The notes below the pieces were generated by a model. It was not told the origin of the DNA and ran no database searches. It saw nothing but the letters and a program-made list of their open reading frames with translations. Made by a program: the position numbers and the translations under genes. DNA of 64,000 bases from Elusimicrobiota bacterium (GTDB taxonomy: Bacteria > Elusimicrobiota > Elusimicrobia > F11): NCBI GenBank assembly GCA_044221725.1, contig JBGAON010000001.1:480001-544000 (forward strand), read 5' to 3'. Below are positions 37,343-46,418 of this stretch, in pieces. The stretch's first letter is position 1, and each line of letters starts with the position of its first letter.

Positions 37343-37604
37343 TATGTATGTATGTGTATGTTTGTATGTTGTATGGGGTCAAGTCGCGACATCCGACATT
37401 TAAAATATATCGGCCCTCAGGCTTGCCATGTTTTGCAAATGTCGTGTGTATCGGCCCTCAGGCTTGCCATGTTTTGCAAATGTCGTGTGTATGGGGTCAA
37501 GTCGCGACATCCGACATTTAAAATATATCGGCACTCAGGCTTGCCATGTTTTGCAAATGTCGGATGTCGCGACTTGGCCCCTTTTTCTTGACCCCTTTTT
37601 CTTT
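37343..37604. mobile_element. MITE/REP-like non-autonomous element with iterated partial copies and microsatellite-like flanks
   Basis: Complete unit 37493-37581 bounded by 27-bp inverted repeats (GGGGTCAAGTCGCGACATCCGACATTT / AAATGTCGGATGTCGCGACTTGGCCCC); partial copies at 37375-37444 and 37449-37485. Confidence 0.75.
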
Positions 37605-38024
37605 TTATTGACACTCATCGATGACGCTATTCAATTCGATAATTGTTTGACCGAGTTCGGTTTGATCGCCACGGAATTGGAAAGAAAGTTTGTTTCCTTT
37701 CTCGATGTTGTCGATGGCTTCTCCTTTAGCGGAATAATGGCCATGACCGTCCATTTCAACTTTCAATTGGATTTGTCTTTCCATAATCTGAGAAAGCTCG
37801 GCCGTTCCTTTTAGATCTCGATGTATGGCCACAAGTTGTTCTCGAAATTGAATGAGATCTTCAAACGGTATAGCGGTACGATAATCACCGACAAACCCAC
37901 CGATCGCAATGTGAATATTTGCCTCGACGGATTTGTACGCAAAGTTCTTGTCCTTTTTTGGAAAGGACAACACGGTAACCGTTAACTGCTCGTTGGGACT
38001 GCTGCCAATTGACCATGCTTTCAT
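37605..38024 (-). CDS. Small hypothetical protein resembling WapI-family immunity proteins
   Basis: AGGAG RBS; pattern GGFxG...L..F...L....L.G.A...D.HGH...NKL.F.F..DQT.L recalled from WapI-like proteins. Confidence 0.5.
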   Translation of the reverse strand: MKAWSIGSSPNEQLTVTVLSFPKKDKNFAYKSVEANIHIAIGGFVGDYRTAIPFEDLIQFREQLVAIHRDLKGTAELSQIMERQIQLKVEMDGHGHYSAKGEAIDNIEKGNKLSFQFRGDQTELGQTIIELNSVIDECQ

Positions 38025-38205
38025 TCGAGTTTGTCTCCTATCGAAACGCTAACAAATCTTTTGCCATAGAACATTGTTAGAAATCCTAGTCGCCCACAAC
38101 AGGATGGCCGGAGAGCGCCAGATATTCAACATGGGAATGGAAAAACGGCGCGGGGCCTGCGGCTTCCCTGGTCCGTCGACGGTGTGCTAAGCTCGGCCAC
38201 CCCTC

Positions 38206-38853
38206 ATGAATCTGCTTAATCGGCTGGAACGATCCTTCGGTTGGATGGCCATTGGTCACCTTCCTATTTATATAGTAACCGCGCAGGCGCTGTTGTACGT
38301 TTGGGCCACGCTCAATCCCGAAGCAACCCACCTATTGATGCTCGATCCTTATGCGGTTCGAAACGGCGAAATTTGGCGGCTGTTGACGTTTTTGTTCATG
38401 ATTCCGTTTCAGAACGTGATCTTCACGTTCTTCTATCTGTATTTCCAATATTTGTGCGGCACGGCGCTCGAAGAAGAATGGGGAAGTTTCCCGCTCACCA
38501 TTTTTTATCTCGTCGGCGCTCTGGGCGCGATTGCCGCGTCATTTTTGGTTGGGGGGAACACGCAAGGCGCTTTTTACTTCAACGAAACCATTTTCCTCGC
38601 GTTTGCGGCGCTTTATCCGAACTTTACGATTCTGCTTTTCTTCTTCATACCGCTCAAAGTGAAATGGATTGCGTGGTTCACGTGGATCCATATATTGTTT
38701 GGGCTGTACGGAGCGCCTCTTGTCTGGAAGCTCGCGGTGTTTATTTCGCTTGCCAACTATTTCCTGTTCTTCTCGAAGAGACATTTTAACCAGGTCCGTG
38801 ATGTGATTCAGCGTTATCGGCACCGCCAGCGCTACAAGGATTTTAATAACTGA
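38206..38853 (+). CDS. Rhomboid-superfamily-like membrane protein, no evident catalytic GxS
   Basis: GEIWRLLTFLF, GTALEEEWG, FFFIPLKVKW; about 6 TM helices. Confidence 0.65.
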   Translation: MNLLNRLERSFGWMAIGHLPIYIVTAQALLYVWATLNPEATHLLMLDPYAVRNGEIWRLLTFLFMIPFQNVIFTFFYLYFQYLCGTALEEEWGSFPLTIFYLVGALGAIAASFLVGGNTQGAFYFNETIFLAFAALYPNFTILLFFFIPLKVKWIAWFTWIHILFGLYGAPLVWKLAVFISLANYFLFFSKRHFNQVRDVIQRYRHRQRYKDFNN

Positions 38854-41408
38854 TGGAAACCTCAACGGTCCCTTCCTCCCCAGCCGCTCCAAGCGCCAAA
38901 GCGGCGACGCCGGTGATGCAGCAGTACCTTTCTATTAAGCAGCGCTACGCGGATGAGATTGTGTTTTTCCGGCTCGGCGATTTTTACGAGATGTTTTTTG
39001 AGGATGCCGTGAAGGCCGCGCCCATTTTGGAAGTGGCGCTCACGCAGCGGCAAACGGTTCCCATGTGCGGTATTCCGCACCACGCGATGACGAGTTATCT
39101 TTCGAAGTTGATCAAGGCCGGCATCAGCGTGGCGATTGCCGAGCAGCTTCAGGATCCGAAGCAAACGAAGGGCATGGTCAAGCGCGATGTGGTGCGTGTG
39201 GTGACCCCCGGCACGCTGGTCGAAGATGAACTGTTGCCGTCGCGCGCGAACAATTTTTTGTTGGCGATCACGGTTTCTCCATCCGGAAAAAACACGTGGG
39301 CGCTGGCGGCCGCCGATGTTTCGACGGGCCGCCAATGGGTGGGGGAACTCGACAACGATTTTCATTGGAACACGCTCAAGGCGCACGTGGCGTCTCTGAA
39401 CCCCAGCGAGATTCTTCTCATCGGTGACGCTAATAAATTGCCGTCTTATTTCGCGGGGAATGCCGTTGTTCGCTATCAACCAACGCCGCTCGCCGAACCG
39501 TCGCTCAAGGGCCAAGTTCTCTCGGCCATCCGAAATTATTTGGAGCGGGATCATTCCGAAGCTGTCAAAAGTTTGCGAGCCGCCGAACCTTTGCCGATGT
39601 CGGCCGGACAAACGCTGTTCTTGGATGAAACCGCGATTCGTCATTTGGAGCTCGTTCAATCGGCCGATCCGGGCGCCGTGATTTCCGGAAAAGCGGGGCC
39701 GACCCTCATCTCCGTGCTTGATCAATGCGCTACGCCGCTTGGAAGTCGGCTGCTGCGCTGGTGGCTGCTGCATCCGTCGCTCGATAAAAGAGTAATTCGG
39801 GACCGGCATGATCAGGTCGAAGACCTGGTGGAAGACTCGCTGCTAAGGACCGATGTTCGGAATTTGTTGACCGGTGTCGCCGATCTCGAACGTATTTCCG
39901 TTCGCACGCAAGCGGGCACCGTGTCGCCGCGCGATTTGGAAGCGCTGCGTCAAAGTTTGGCGCGTGCGCCGCAACTGGTCGCTGCGCTTTCTAAGATTCC
40001 GGCGTTTGATTCGTTTGCGGCGCAGCTCTTGGTTCCGTCGGAACTCACGGAAATTCTTTCGATGCAACTCGCGGAGAGCCCCTCGGCGAAACTCGTGGAT
40101 GGCGGAGTGATTCGCGAAGGTTTTAACGCCGAGCTTGATGAGCTGCGGGGCCTTCGGCGCAGCGGGAAAAAGTGGATCGCAGAGATGGAAGCGGCCGAGC
40201 GCGAAAAAACCGGCATCGGATCGCTTAAAGTCGGATACAACGACATCTTTGGCTATTTCATCGAAGTGTCGAAATCGAATTTGTCGAAAGTGCCCGCCGA
40301 TTGGATTCGCAAGCAGACCATGGCGAACGGCGAACGTTACATCACGCCCGCGCTCAAAGAACAGGAAGAGAAAATTTTGGGAGCCGAAGAAAAGATTCGC
40401 GTGCTCGAAACAAATCTGTACGCGGAACTTGTGCATCAGGTCGGCGCGTTCGGTCCCACGCTGGCGACATTGTCGGAAGCGATCGCGCACATCGATGCCG
40501 TTCTCTCGCTCGCTGATGTGGCGGTCGCGCACAATTTTGTTCGACCGAAAATTTCTGACGCAAACGAACTCGTCATCAAAAACGGCGAACACCCGATCAT
40601 CGCGAAGCAAATTGGTCGCGACCGTTTTATTCCGAACGATTTGTCGCTGTCCGCCGATTCCAATCGAATCGCGGTGATCACCGGCCCAAACATGGCCGGT
40701 AAGTCCACCTATCTTCGGCAGAATGCTCTTATCGTGATTCTCGCACAGATGGGATCGTTCGTTCCGGCCAAGAGCGCCGAGATAGGTTTGGTTGACAAAA
40801 TTTTTACGCGCATCGGCGCGTCGGATCGGCTCACGCAAGGACAATCGACGTTCATGGTGGAGATGCAAGAAGTCGCAACGCTGCTCCGCAACGCGACGGA
40901 CCGGAGTTTGCTGATCCTCGACGAAGTCGGTCGCGGCACGTCGACGTACGACGGCGTCTCGATCGCGTGGGCGGTGATTGAATTCCTTTCCCGTTCCGGC
41001 CCGCGAACGTTGTTCGCCACGCACTATTTCGAACTCACACAACTGGAAGGAAGATTGCCCGGTGTCTTCAACGCGCACGCGACGGCCAAGGAATGGCCTG
41101 GCCCGGACGGTCGCAAGCAAGTGGTTTTCCTGTACCAGATTCTTTCCGGCGCGGCCGACCGCTCCTACGGAATTCATGTGGCCGAAATGGCGGGGCTGCC
41201 GGACGATTGCATTCGGCGCTCGCGCGAAATTCTTAAACAACTTGAATCGGGCGATCACAAACTTCAAAACAAACCGGTGGCGGCCTCGAGTCAGCTCGAG
41301 TTGTTTGACTCGCATCCGGTCGTCGAGGAATTGCGGGCGTTACGTGTGGACACCATGACACCGCTTGAAGCTCTCAATACATTGAATCGTCTGAAGGGGA
41401 AACTATGA
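38853..41408 (+). CDS. mutS: DNA mismatch repair protein MutS
   Basis: TPVMQQY, FRLGDFYEMF, TGPNMAGKSTY, STFMVEM, DEVGRGTST, SYGIHVA, QLELF clamp motif. Confidence 0.98.
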   Translation: METSTVPSSPAAPSAKAATPVMQQYLSIKQRYADEIVFFRLGDFYEMFFEDAVKAAPILEVALTQRQTVPMCGIPHHAMTSYLSKLIKAGISVAIAEQLQDPKQTKGMVKRDVVRVVTPGTLVEDELLPSRANNFLLAITVSPSGKNTWALAAADVSTGRQWVGELDNDFHWNTLKAHVASLNPSEILLIGDANKLPSYFAGNAVVRYQPTPLAEPSLKGQVLSAIRNYLERDHSEAVKSLRAAEPLPMSAGQTLFLDETAIRHLELVQSADPGAVISGKAGPTLISVLDQCATPLGSRLLRWWLLHPSLDKRVIRDRHDQVEDLVEDSLLRTDVRNLLTGVADLERISVRTQAGTVSPRDLEALRQSLARAPQLVAALSKIPAFDSFAAQLLVPSELTEILSMQLAESPSAKLVDGGVIREGFNAELDELRGLRRSGKKWIAEMEAAEREKTGIGSLKVGYNDIFGYFIEVSKSNLSKVPADWIRKQTMANGERYITPALKEQEEKILGAEEKIRVLETNLYAELVHQVGAFGPTLATLSEAIAHIDAVLSLADVAVAHNFVRPKISDANELVIKNGEHPIIAKQIGRDRFIPNDLSLSADSNRIAVITGPNMAGKSTYLRQNALIVILAQMGSFVPAKSAEIGLVDKIFTRIGASDRLTQGQSTFMVEMQEVATLLRNATDRSLLILDEVGRGTSTYDGVSIAWAVIEFLSRSGPRTLFATHYFELTQLEGRLPGVFNAHATAKEWPGPDGRKQVVFLYQILSGAADRSYGIHVAEMAGLPDDCIRRSREILKQLESGDHKLQNKPVAASSQLELFDSHPVVEELRALRVDTMTPLEALNTLNRLKGKL

Positions 41409-41410
41409 TT

Positions 41411-41478
41411 CGTCGTTCCCGCGGAAGCGAGAATCTAGGCACCTATGGTGGCTGGGCCCCCGTCTTCGCGGGGCGACG
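41411..41478. repeat. Degenerate family A palindromic element between mutS and mutL
   Basis: CGTCGTTCCCGCGGAAGCGAGAATCTAG...CTGGGCCCCCGTCTTCGCGGGGCGACG. Confidence 0.8.
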
Positions 41479-41491
41479 CTGAAGCAATTTT

Positions 41492-43312
41492 ATGGCGCCA
41501 CAAGTTAAGCAACTATCCGAGGATTTGATCGCGCGCATCGCGGCCGGTGAAGTGGTGGAGCGGCCGGCTTCGGTCATCAAAGAGCTTGTCGAAAACAGTT
41601 TGGACGCGGGCTCCACGCACATCGCGGTTGTGATTGAAGGCGCGGGCCGAACGTTGATTCACGTGTCCGATAACGGCTGCGGAATGTCGAAGGAAGATGC
41701 GTTGCTCGCGTTGCGGCGGCACGCGACATCAAAAATCTCGAAGTTCGAAGATTTGGAAGCGCTCAATACCTTTGGGTTTCGGGGCGAAGCGTTGCCGAGC
41801 ATTGCGGCGGTATCGAAGCTCACGCTCACCACGCGCACCGCCGATGCGTCATCGGGTTGGGAATTCGTGATTGAAGGGGGAAAGCTCATCAGCGAAAAGC
41901 CGATCGCGCGCGAGCCGGGCACGACGATCGATGTGCGCGACATCTTCTTTAATACACCAGCGCGATTTAAATTTTTGAAATCCGATCCGACCGAGCGCGC
42001 CCAATGTTTGCGCGTCATGGAAGAAATGATTTTCTCGAGCACACACGTTACGTTCGAGTTGCAAACGGAGAAAGAAAAGCCGATTGTCTTCCGGGCGAAC
42101 AAGGAAAACGACGAGCGCCAGAAACCCGACGTCGTTAAGACGCGGCTTACCGAGGCCTGGGGGGCGCGGTGGGCCCGCAGTCTTCTGCCGGTCTTCAAGG
42201 CGGACAATCATTTCCGCGTGGCGGGTGTGGTCAGCAATCAAAGCGCGCATCAAACAACAACGCGGTATCAATTTCTCTACATCAATGGTCGCCCGGTTCA
42301 GAACCGCCGGCTTTCGCGCGCGATCTATGATGCGTACCAAGGTCAATTGCCGTCGTTGCGTCATCCTGCGTGGGCCTTGTTTCTGGACCTTGATCCCGCA
42401 ACAATCGATGTGAATGTTCATCCATCCAAGCGGGAAGTAAAAATTACGCACGAGTCCGAACTGTATGGATTTTTAAATTCGGCAATCAAAGCCGCGTTGC
42501 GAGGGGAATCCGCGCCAATGATTGAGCGCCGTGTCGCAAGTTTTCTTGCAGCGCCCGCGCCGAGTGTGCCCCTGGAACGACGTGCACCGCCTTCTTCGAC
42601 GCCATGGAACGTGGTCGTTCAGTCAAACACAAACCAGGTGTATAAGCCGCTTTCGTCGGTCGGGTCGTCGGCCGAGTCCGTCGATCCTTTGCCGGGGCTC
42701 GGAACATCGGAACCGCACGCCGATATTTCGGATTTGCGCGACCCGGAGCTCGTTGTTCTCGGACAAATTCGCAAAACGTATATCGTGGCTCAAACGCGCA
42801 ACGGACTTTTAATTGTGGATCAGCACGCGGCCGCAGAATGCGCCGCGTACGAACGATTGATGTTTAATCTCAAAGCCGAAAAGCGCCCCGTACAAATGTT
42901 GCTTGTGCCGTTCACGTGGGAAGTGGCCATGTCTCTTTTGCCGCAGGTGCAAGAAAATTTGGACGTGCTCGCGCGCATGGGTTTTGTGATTGAACCGTTT
43001 GGTGGTTCCACGTTTGTAATTAAAGGTGTGCCCGCACAGCTCCGCGAGAAATTTGATGTGCATTCGCTGATGGACGGTTTGAGCGATGAATTGGAGTCGC
43101 ACCACCGCGCGCGCGATTTGGATCATCGCCTTGCGGCGATGGCCGCGTGCAAAAGCTCGGTCAAAGCCGGTGACCCGCTCGACAATCAAGCGTGCGCCGC
43201 GATCATCAATCAACTCACTGTCTGCAATTCCCCGTTCACGTGCCCGCACGGACGTCCGACCGTGATCCGCACACCCTACACCGAACTCGACCGCCGCTTC
43301 CGCCGCGCCTAA
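41492..43312 (+). CDS. mutL: DNA mismatch repair protein MutL
   Basis: IAAGEVVERPASVIKELVENSLDAG, GFRGEAL, DVNVHPSK, endonuclease motifs DQHAAAE and CPHGRP. Confidence 0.97.
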   Translation: MAPQVKQLSEDLIARIAAGEVVERPASVIKELVENSLDAGSTHIAVVIEGAGRTLIHVSDNGCGMSKEDALLALRRHATSKISKFEDLEALNTFGFRGEALPSIAAVSKLTLTTRTADASSGWEFVIEGGKLISEKPIAREPGTTIDVRDIFFNTPARFKFLKSDPTERAQCLRVMEEMIFSSTHVTFELQTEKEKPIVFRANKENDERQKPDVVKTRLTEAWGARWARSLLPVFKADNHFRVAGVVSNQSAHQTTTRYQFLYINGRPVQNRRLSRAIYDAYQGQLPSLRHPAWALFLDLDPATIDVNVHPSKREVKITHESELYGFLNSAIKAALRGESAPMIERRVASFLAAPAPSVPLERRAPPSSTPWNVVVQSNTNQVYKPLSSVGSSAESVDPLPGLGTSEPHADISDLRDPELVVLGQIRKTYIVAQTRNGLLIVDQHAAAECAAYERLMFNLKAEKRPVQMLLVPFTWEVAMSLLPQVQENLDVLARMGFVIEPFGGSTFVIKGVPAQLREKFDVHSLMDGLSDELESHHRARDLDHRLAAMAACKSSVKAGDPLDNQACAAIINQLTVCNSPFTCPHGRPTVIRTPYTELDRRFRRA

Positions 43313-43337
43313 ATATTAGTTGGACCAATGATCCGGC

Positions 43338-44276
43338 CTAATGCTGGGCCAGCGCTGCTTCCCACCCGTCCACAACGTAGTCGATTATCGATTTCTTTTG
43401 AATTAGTTCGTTGATGTCCAATTCCGGATAACAATGTTGAATCCATTGCCGTTGGCGTTCGTTTGCGGAACCGAGGATGTTTGAATGGTCCACAAAAAAG
43501 GTTTCGATGTCTTGTTTGCTTAAACGGTACGGCTCTTTAAAAAACGTTGGGGCGGGGAGCTCGAGCGTGAAGAGACGATGGGATGTGTTTTTCGGTCCGT
43601 CGCTTAGTACCGTCGGCCAATGAATGTATCGCGCGATCGCTGGATTTCCCTGCACGCTTCGATTAAACGAGAGCTGTCCCATCGGCTGAAATTCCAATAA
43701 CTTATAGAAACCGTCGTGCTTCGGGTGGCAACATTCGACGACCAAATCTTTGTCGGTATTTAAACGAATGTAGTCCACCATTACGCGAATCAAGTGCAGA
43801 TTCATAATCAAACGTTCCGATTGTGACATCATTAATTCTCTCGACGTGACCTTTTCGCGATCGGTGGCAAACATCGACATTTCGACAGGTTTATGTCCTT
43901 TGTACCTTAGCTCATCGAGATCGAATCGAAACATGGAATCCATCGGCAACCCCAAGGGGCTGTCTTGAACGAGCGTCATTGTGGCAAGAACTCCGAAACG
44001 GCGGTGAAACGCGATAAAAGTGATCGTCGTCGGAAGAATTTGGAACAGTGAGAGTTTCCATCGATTGGCGTTCCGTTTAATATAGCCCGATTCCAAATAC
44101 TCCTGATAGACAAGTTCCGATGCCTGCAGCAATTCTTCTCGCGTTTGGACGGGACGAAATTCTATCTCGGGAAAATAGGTCGCGGCCGAGTTTGCAACCG
44201 AGCCGGGTATCTCGGGCCCATGTTTTAGATACCGCTTTGCATCAAACCGCCTGCCGATGAGAAATTTTTCGATCAC
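43338..44276 (-). CDS. N-acyl amino acid synthase (FeeM-like GNAT) domain protein
   Basis: A.ELVYQEYL..GY, TMTLVQDS.LGLP.D..F, E.S.FA, HPKH..FY..L.F; start placed at GTG 44276 behind GAGGT. Confidence 0.7.
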   Translation of the reverse strand: MIEKFLIGRRFDAKRYLKHGPEIPGSVANSAATYFPEIEFRPVQTREELLQASELVYQEYLESGYIKRNANRWKLSLFQILPTTITFIAFHRRFGVLATMTLVQDSPLGLPMDSMFRFDLDELRYKGHKPVEMSMFATDREKVTSRELMMSQSERLIMNLHLIRVMVDYIRLNTDKDLVVECCHPKHDGFYKLLEFQPMGQLSFNRSVQGNPAIARYIHWPTVLSDGPKNTSHRLFTLELPAPTFFKEPYRLSKQDIETFFVDHSNILGSANERQRQWIQHCYPELDINELIQKKSIIDYVVDGWEAALAQH

Positions 44277-44394
44277 TGGAGAAACCTCGCTTTTGGATTC
44301 ATTCTTCTCTAAAGGGTTGCCTTGGATGGCTGACGTGCGCGTCCAGATATGTCTCAAAATCGTCGCAAATACGGAATCCCGCAGAGGAAACGCA

Positions 44395-45081
44395 TTGACA
44401 AAACAACGCATTTTCATCATCGATGACGAATCGGCGCTGTTAAAAGCCGTCGTTAAATCGCTCGAAAATGATGGTTTTATTGCTCTGATGGATCTGAGCC
44501 CCATCCGTGCCCTTCAGCGAATCAAGGCGGACCCGCCGGACCTCGTAGTCCTGGATATTTGCATGGACGAAATGAATGGACTCGACGTCTGTCGCGATCT
44601 GAAAAATGATCCGCGGACAAACGATTTGCCGATCATTATGGCCAGCGTAAAGTCGGAAGAAGCCGATATTGTCCTCGGCCTTGAGATGGGGGCCGACGAC
44701 TACATCCGTAAACCGCTTTTGGGGCGTGAGCTCGCTTCCCGCATTAAAGCGGTTCTTCGCCGAAAAAGTCCCCTGCTGGCCAGCCAAGAAATCAAAGCGG
44801 GGCCCTTGCGAATCGATCATCGCGCATACAAAGCCTTTATCGATGGCAAAGAGCTTTCGCTAACACCGAAGCAATTCGAGGTTTTGGCGTTTCTCGTGAG
44901 AAACGAAGGCCGTGTTTTGACGCGGGGAACCATTTCGAGCAACGTGTGGGGAGTGGACTTGTCGGGCACGTCGCGGGCGGTTGATAACGCGGTTGATCAA
45001 GTGCGGCGAAAATTGGGTCCCTATCGCGTTTGGATCAAGGGTTTAAAAGGTGTGGGTTACCGCTTTGAAACGGAAGCCTAA
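44395..45081 (+). CDS. OmpR/PhoB-family response regulator
   Basis: IIDDE, LD, GLEMGADDYIRKP, winged helix LTPKQFEVL...GVGYRF; TTG start behind AGAGGA. Confidence 0.92.
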   Translation: MTKQRIFIIDDESALLKAVVKSLENDGFIALMDLSPIRALQRIKADPPDLVVLDICMDEMNGLDVCRDLKNDPRTNDLPIIMASVKSEEADIVLGLEMGADDYIRKPLLGRELASRIKAVLRRKSPLLASQEIKAGPLRIDHRAYKAFIDGKELSLTPKQFEVLAFLVRNEGRVLTRGTISSNVWGVDLSGTSRAVDNAVDQVRRKLGPYRVWIKGLKGVGYRFETEA

Positions 45082-46418
45082 GCGACCAGAGGGAACCGAA
45101 TTCGAAAAATAGATCCGCCGCCCGGATTGTCTTCGATCCAAATGTTTCCGTTCTGACTTTCCATCAGTTCCTTCGAGATAAACAAACCAAGCCCGGTTCC
45201 TTTAACCGCCTTCGAGTTTGATTGGCTTCGGAAATATTTTTTGAAAACCTTTTCTTTATCCTCGTCAATGATTCCGGGGCCCGTGTCGCGCACGATCACT
45301 TCCGCTGCTGTTTTATTTTTACTCACCTCGATCGAGACACTGCCCTTTTGGGTGTATTTCAATGCGTTTGAAATGAGATTAACGAGAACGTGCAAAACTT
45401 TTTCTCGGTCCGCCCACGCAACAACGCTCGGTTCGGCCGCTTTCAATATCGCGGGGACGCCTTTTTCCTGACCGATCGGAGCGCAAATGTTGCGCGCTTC
45501 TTCGCAACACTCAACAAGATCCACTTCCGAGAAATCAAATTCTTCTTTGTGGGCCTCCAATTTCGATGCCGTTAAAAGGTCATCAATCAGACGCTCGAGT
45601 CGTCCAGAATTGTTTTGCGCGGCGATGAGCGGTTCCATTTGGGTCGCGGAGAGGGCGCCGTACAAGCCGTTCATGAGCACCGTGTGCATGCTTCGAATTC
45701 CCGCCAAAGGAGACCGAAGTTCATGCGTGATTCTCGAGAAGAACGATCGTTTCATTTCATCGAGCTCGCGCAGCTTCGCTATGGTGTCGTTCAATTGAAC
45801 AGCGAGCTGGCCAATTTCGTCGCTTCTGGGTTCCGCGGGGATTGGGTCGAGTTTCCCGGAGGAAACACGCTTCATTCCTTGAACGATGGCATCAATCGGG
45901 CGCGCGAGGCTCTTCGCGAGCAGGTGAGCGCCGATGAGACCGACAAGCATAACGATCAGCGCCACCAGCGCGGCGCGCTTCATCGCGTTTCTCGCCTCGT
46001 GCCACAGGAATTGATTGACCTCTGTTGGTCGGAACAAAAGATGAGACTTTCCGATGATTTGTTGCCCCACGCGAACATCTTCCTGGAGGTCGAGGGTGGA
46101 CGTGTTGGCCGTCCATTGTTTGTTGATCCGTGACGGTGACGAATCGAGCCGAATGATGCCGCCGTTATCAACGAACGACGCGCTTTCAAATCCTCGTTCT
46201 TGTTTCAAAGTGGAAACAAAATTCAGAAAAATGAGATCGCTTTGGTACAGCGCTTCTTCGGAAGCCCGCGCCAATCGAATCGATAAGTTTCGCTGCGATT
46301 GGTGAAGTTCGGCCCGAAGCGTGCGGATTTCGATGAAAGTCATAAACGAGCTTACGGTCAAAATTCCGATAAGAAGAAGAGAGCTAATCCAGATGAAAAA
46401 TCGGGTCCTTAATTTCAT
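45078..46418 (-). CDS. Membrane sensor histidine kinase (TM-sensor-TM-HAMP-HisKA-HATPase)
   Basis: DEIGQLA HAMP, THELRSPL, NLISNALKYT, DTGPGI, GTGLGL; ATG 46418 overlaps the upstream stop. Confidence 0.93.
   Translation of the reverse strand: MKLRTRFFIWISSLLLIGILTVSSFMTFIEIRTLRAELHQSQRNLSIRLARASEEALYQSDLIFLNFVSTLKQERGFESASFVDNGGIIRLDSSPSRINKQWTANTSTLDLQEDVRVGQQIIGKSHLLFRPTEVNQFLWHEARNAMKRAALVALIVMLVGLIGAHLLAKSLARPIDAIVQGMKRVSSGKLDPIPAEPRSDEIGQLAVQLNDTIAKLRELDEMKRSFFSRITHELRSPLAGIRSMHTVLMNGLYGALSATQMEPLIAAQNNSGRLERLIDDLLTASKLEAHKEEFDFSEVDLVECCEEARNICAPIGQEKGVPAILKAAEPSVVAWADREKVLHVLVNLISNALKYTQKGSVSIEVSKNKTAAEVIVRDTGPGIIDEDKEKVFKKYFRSQSNSKAVKGTGLGLFISKELMESQNGNIWIEDNPGGGSIFRIRFPLVA

Noticed and set aside
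37375..37581. Possible CRISPR array (three ~37-bp repeats)
   Set aside because: Intervening sequences are not unique spacers but copies of the same element, spacing is irregular, and no cas genes are present; terminal inverted repeats explain it better
38047..38082. Complete integron attC site
   Set aside because: Only 36 bp, too short for a full attC; no matching site at the gene's 3' end and no integrase in the window; kept only as a weak hint
39843..41315. 490-aa minus-strand ORF, and similar long antisense ORFs such as 14576-15976, 34298-35356 and 27078-28109
   Set aside because: They are shadows of well-supported genes on the opposite strand and show no recognisable motifs
44257..44504. 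Overlapping N-terminal extensions of the FeeM-like and response regulator ORFs in the ORF track
   Set aside because: Better starts with RBS exist at 44276 (minus) and 44395 (plus), leaving a normal divergent intergenic region
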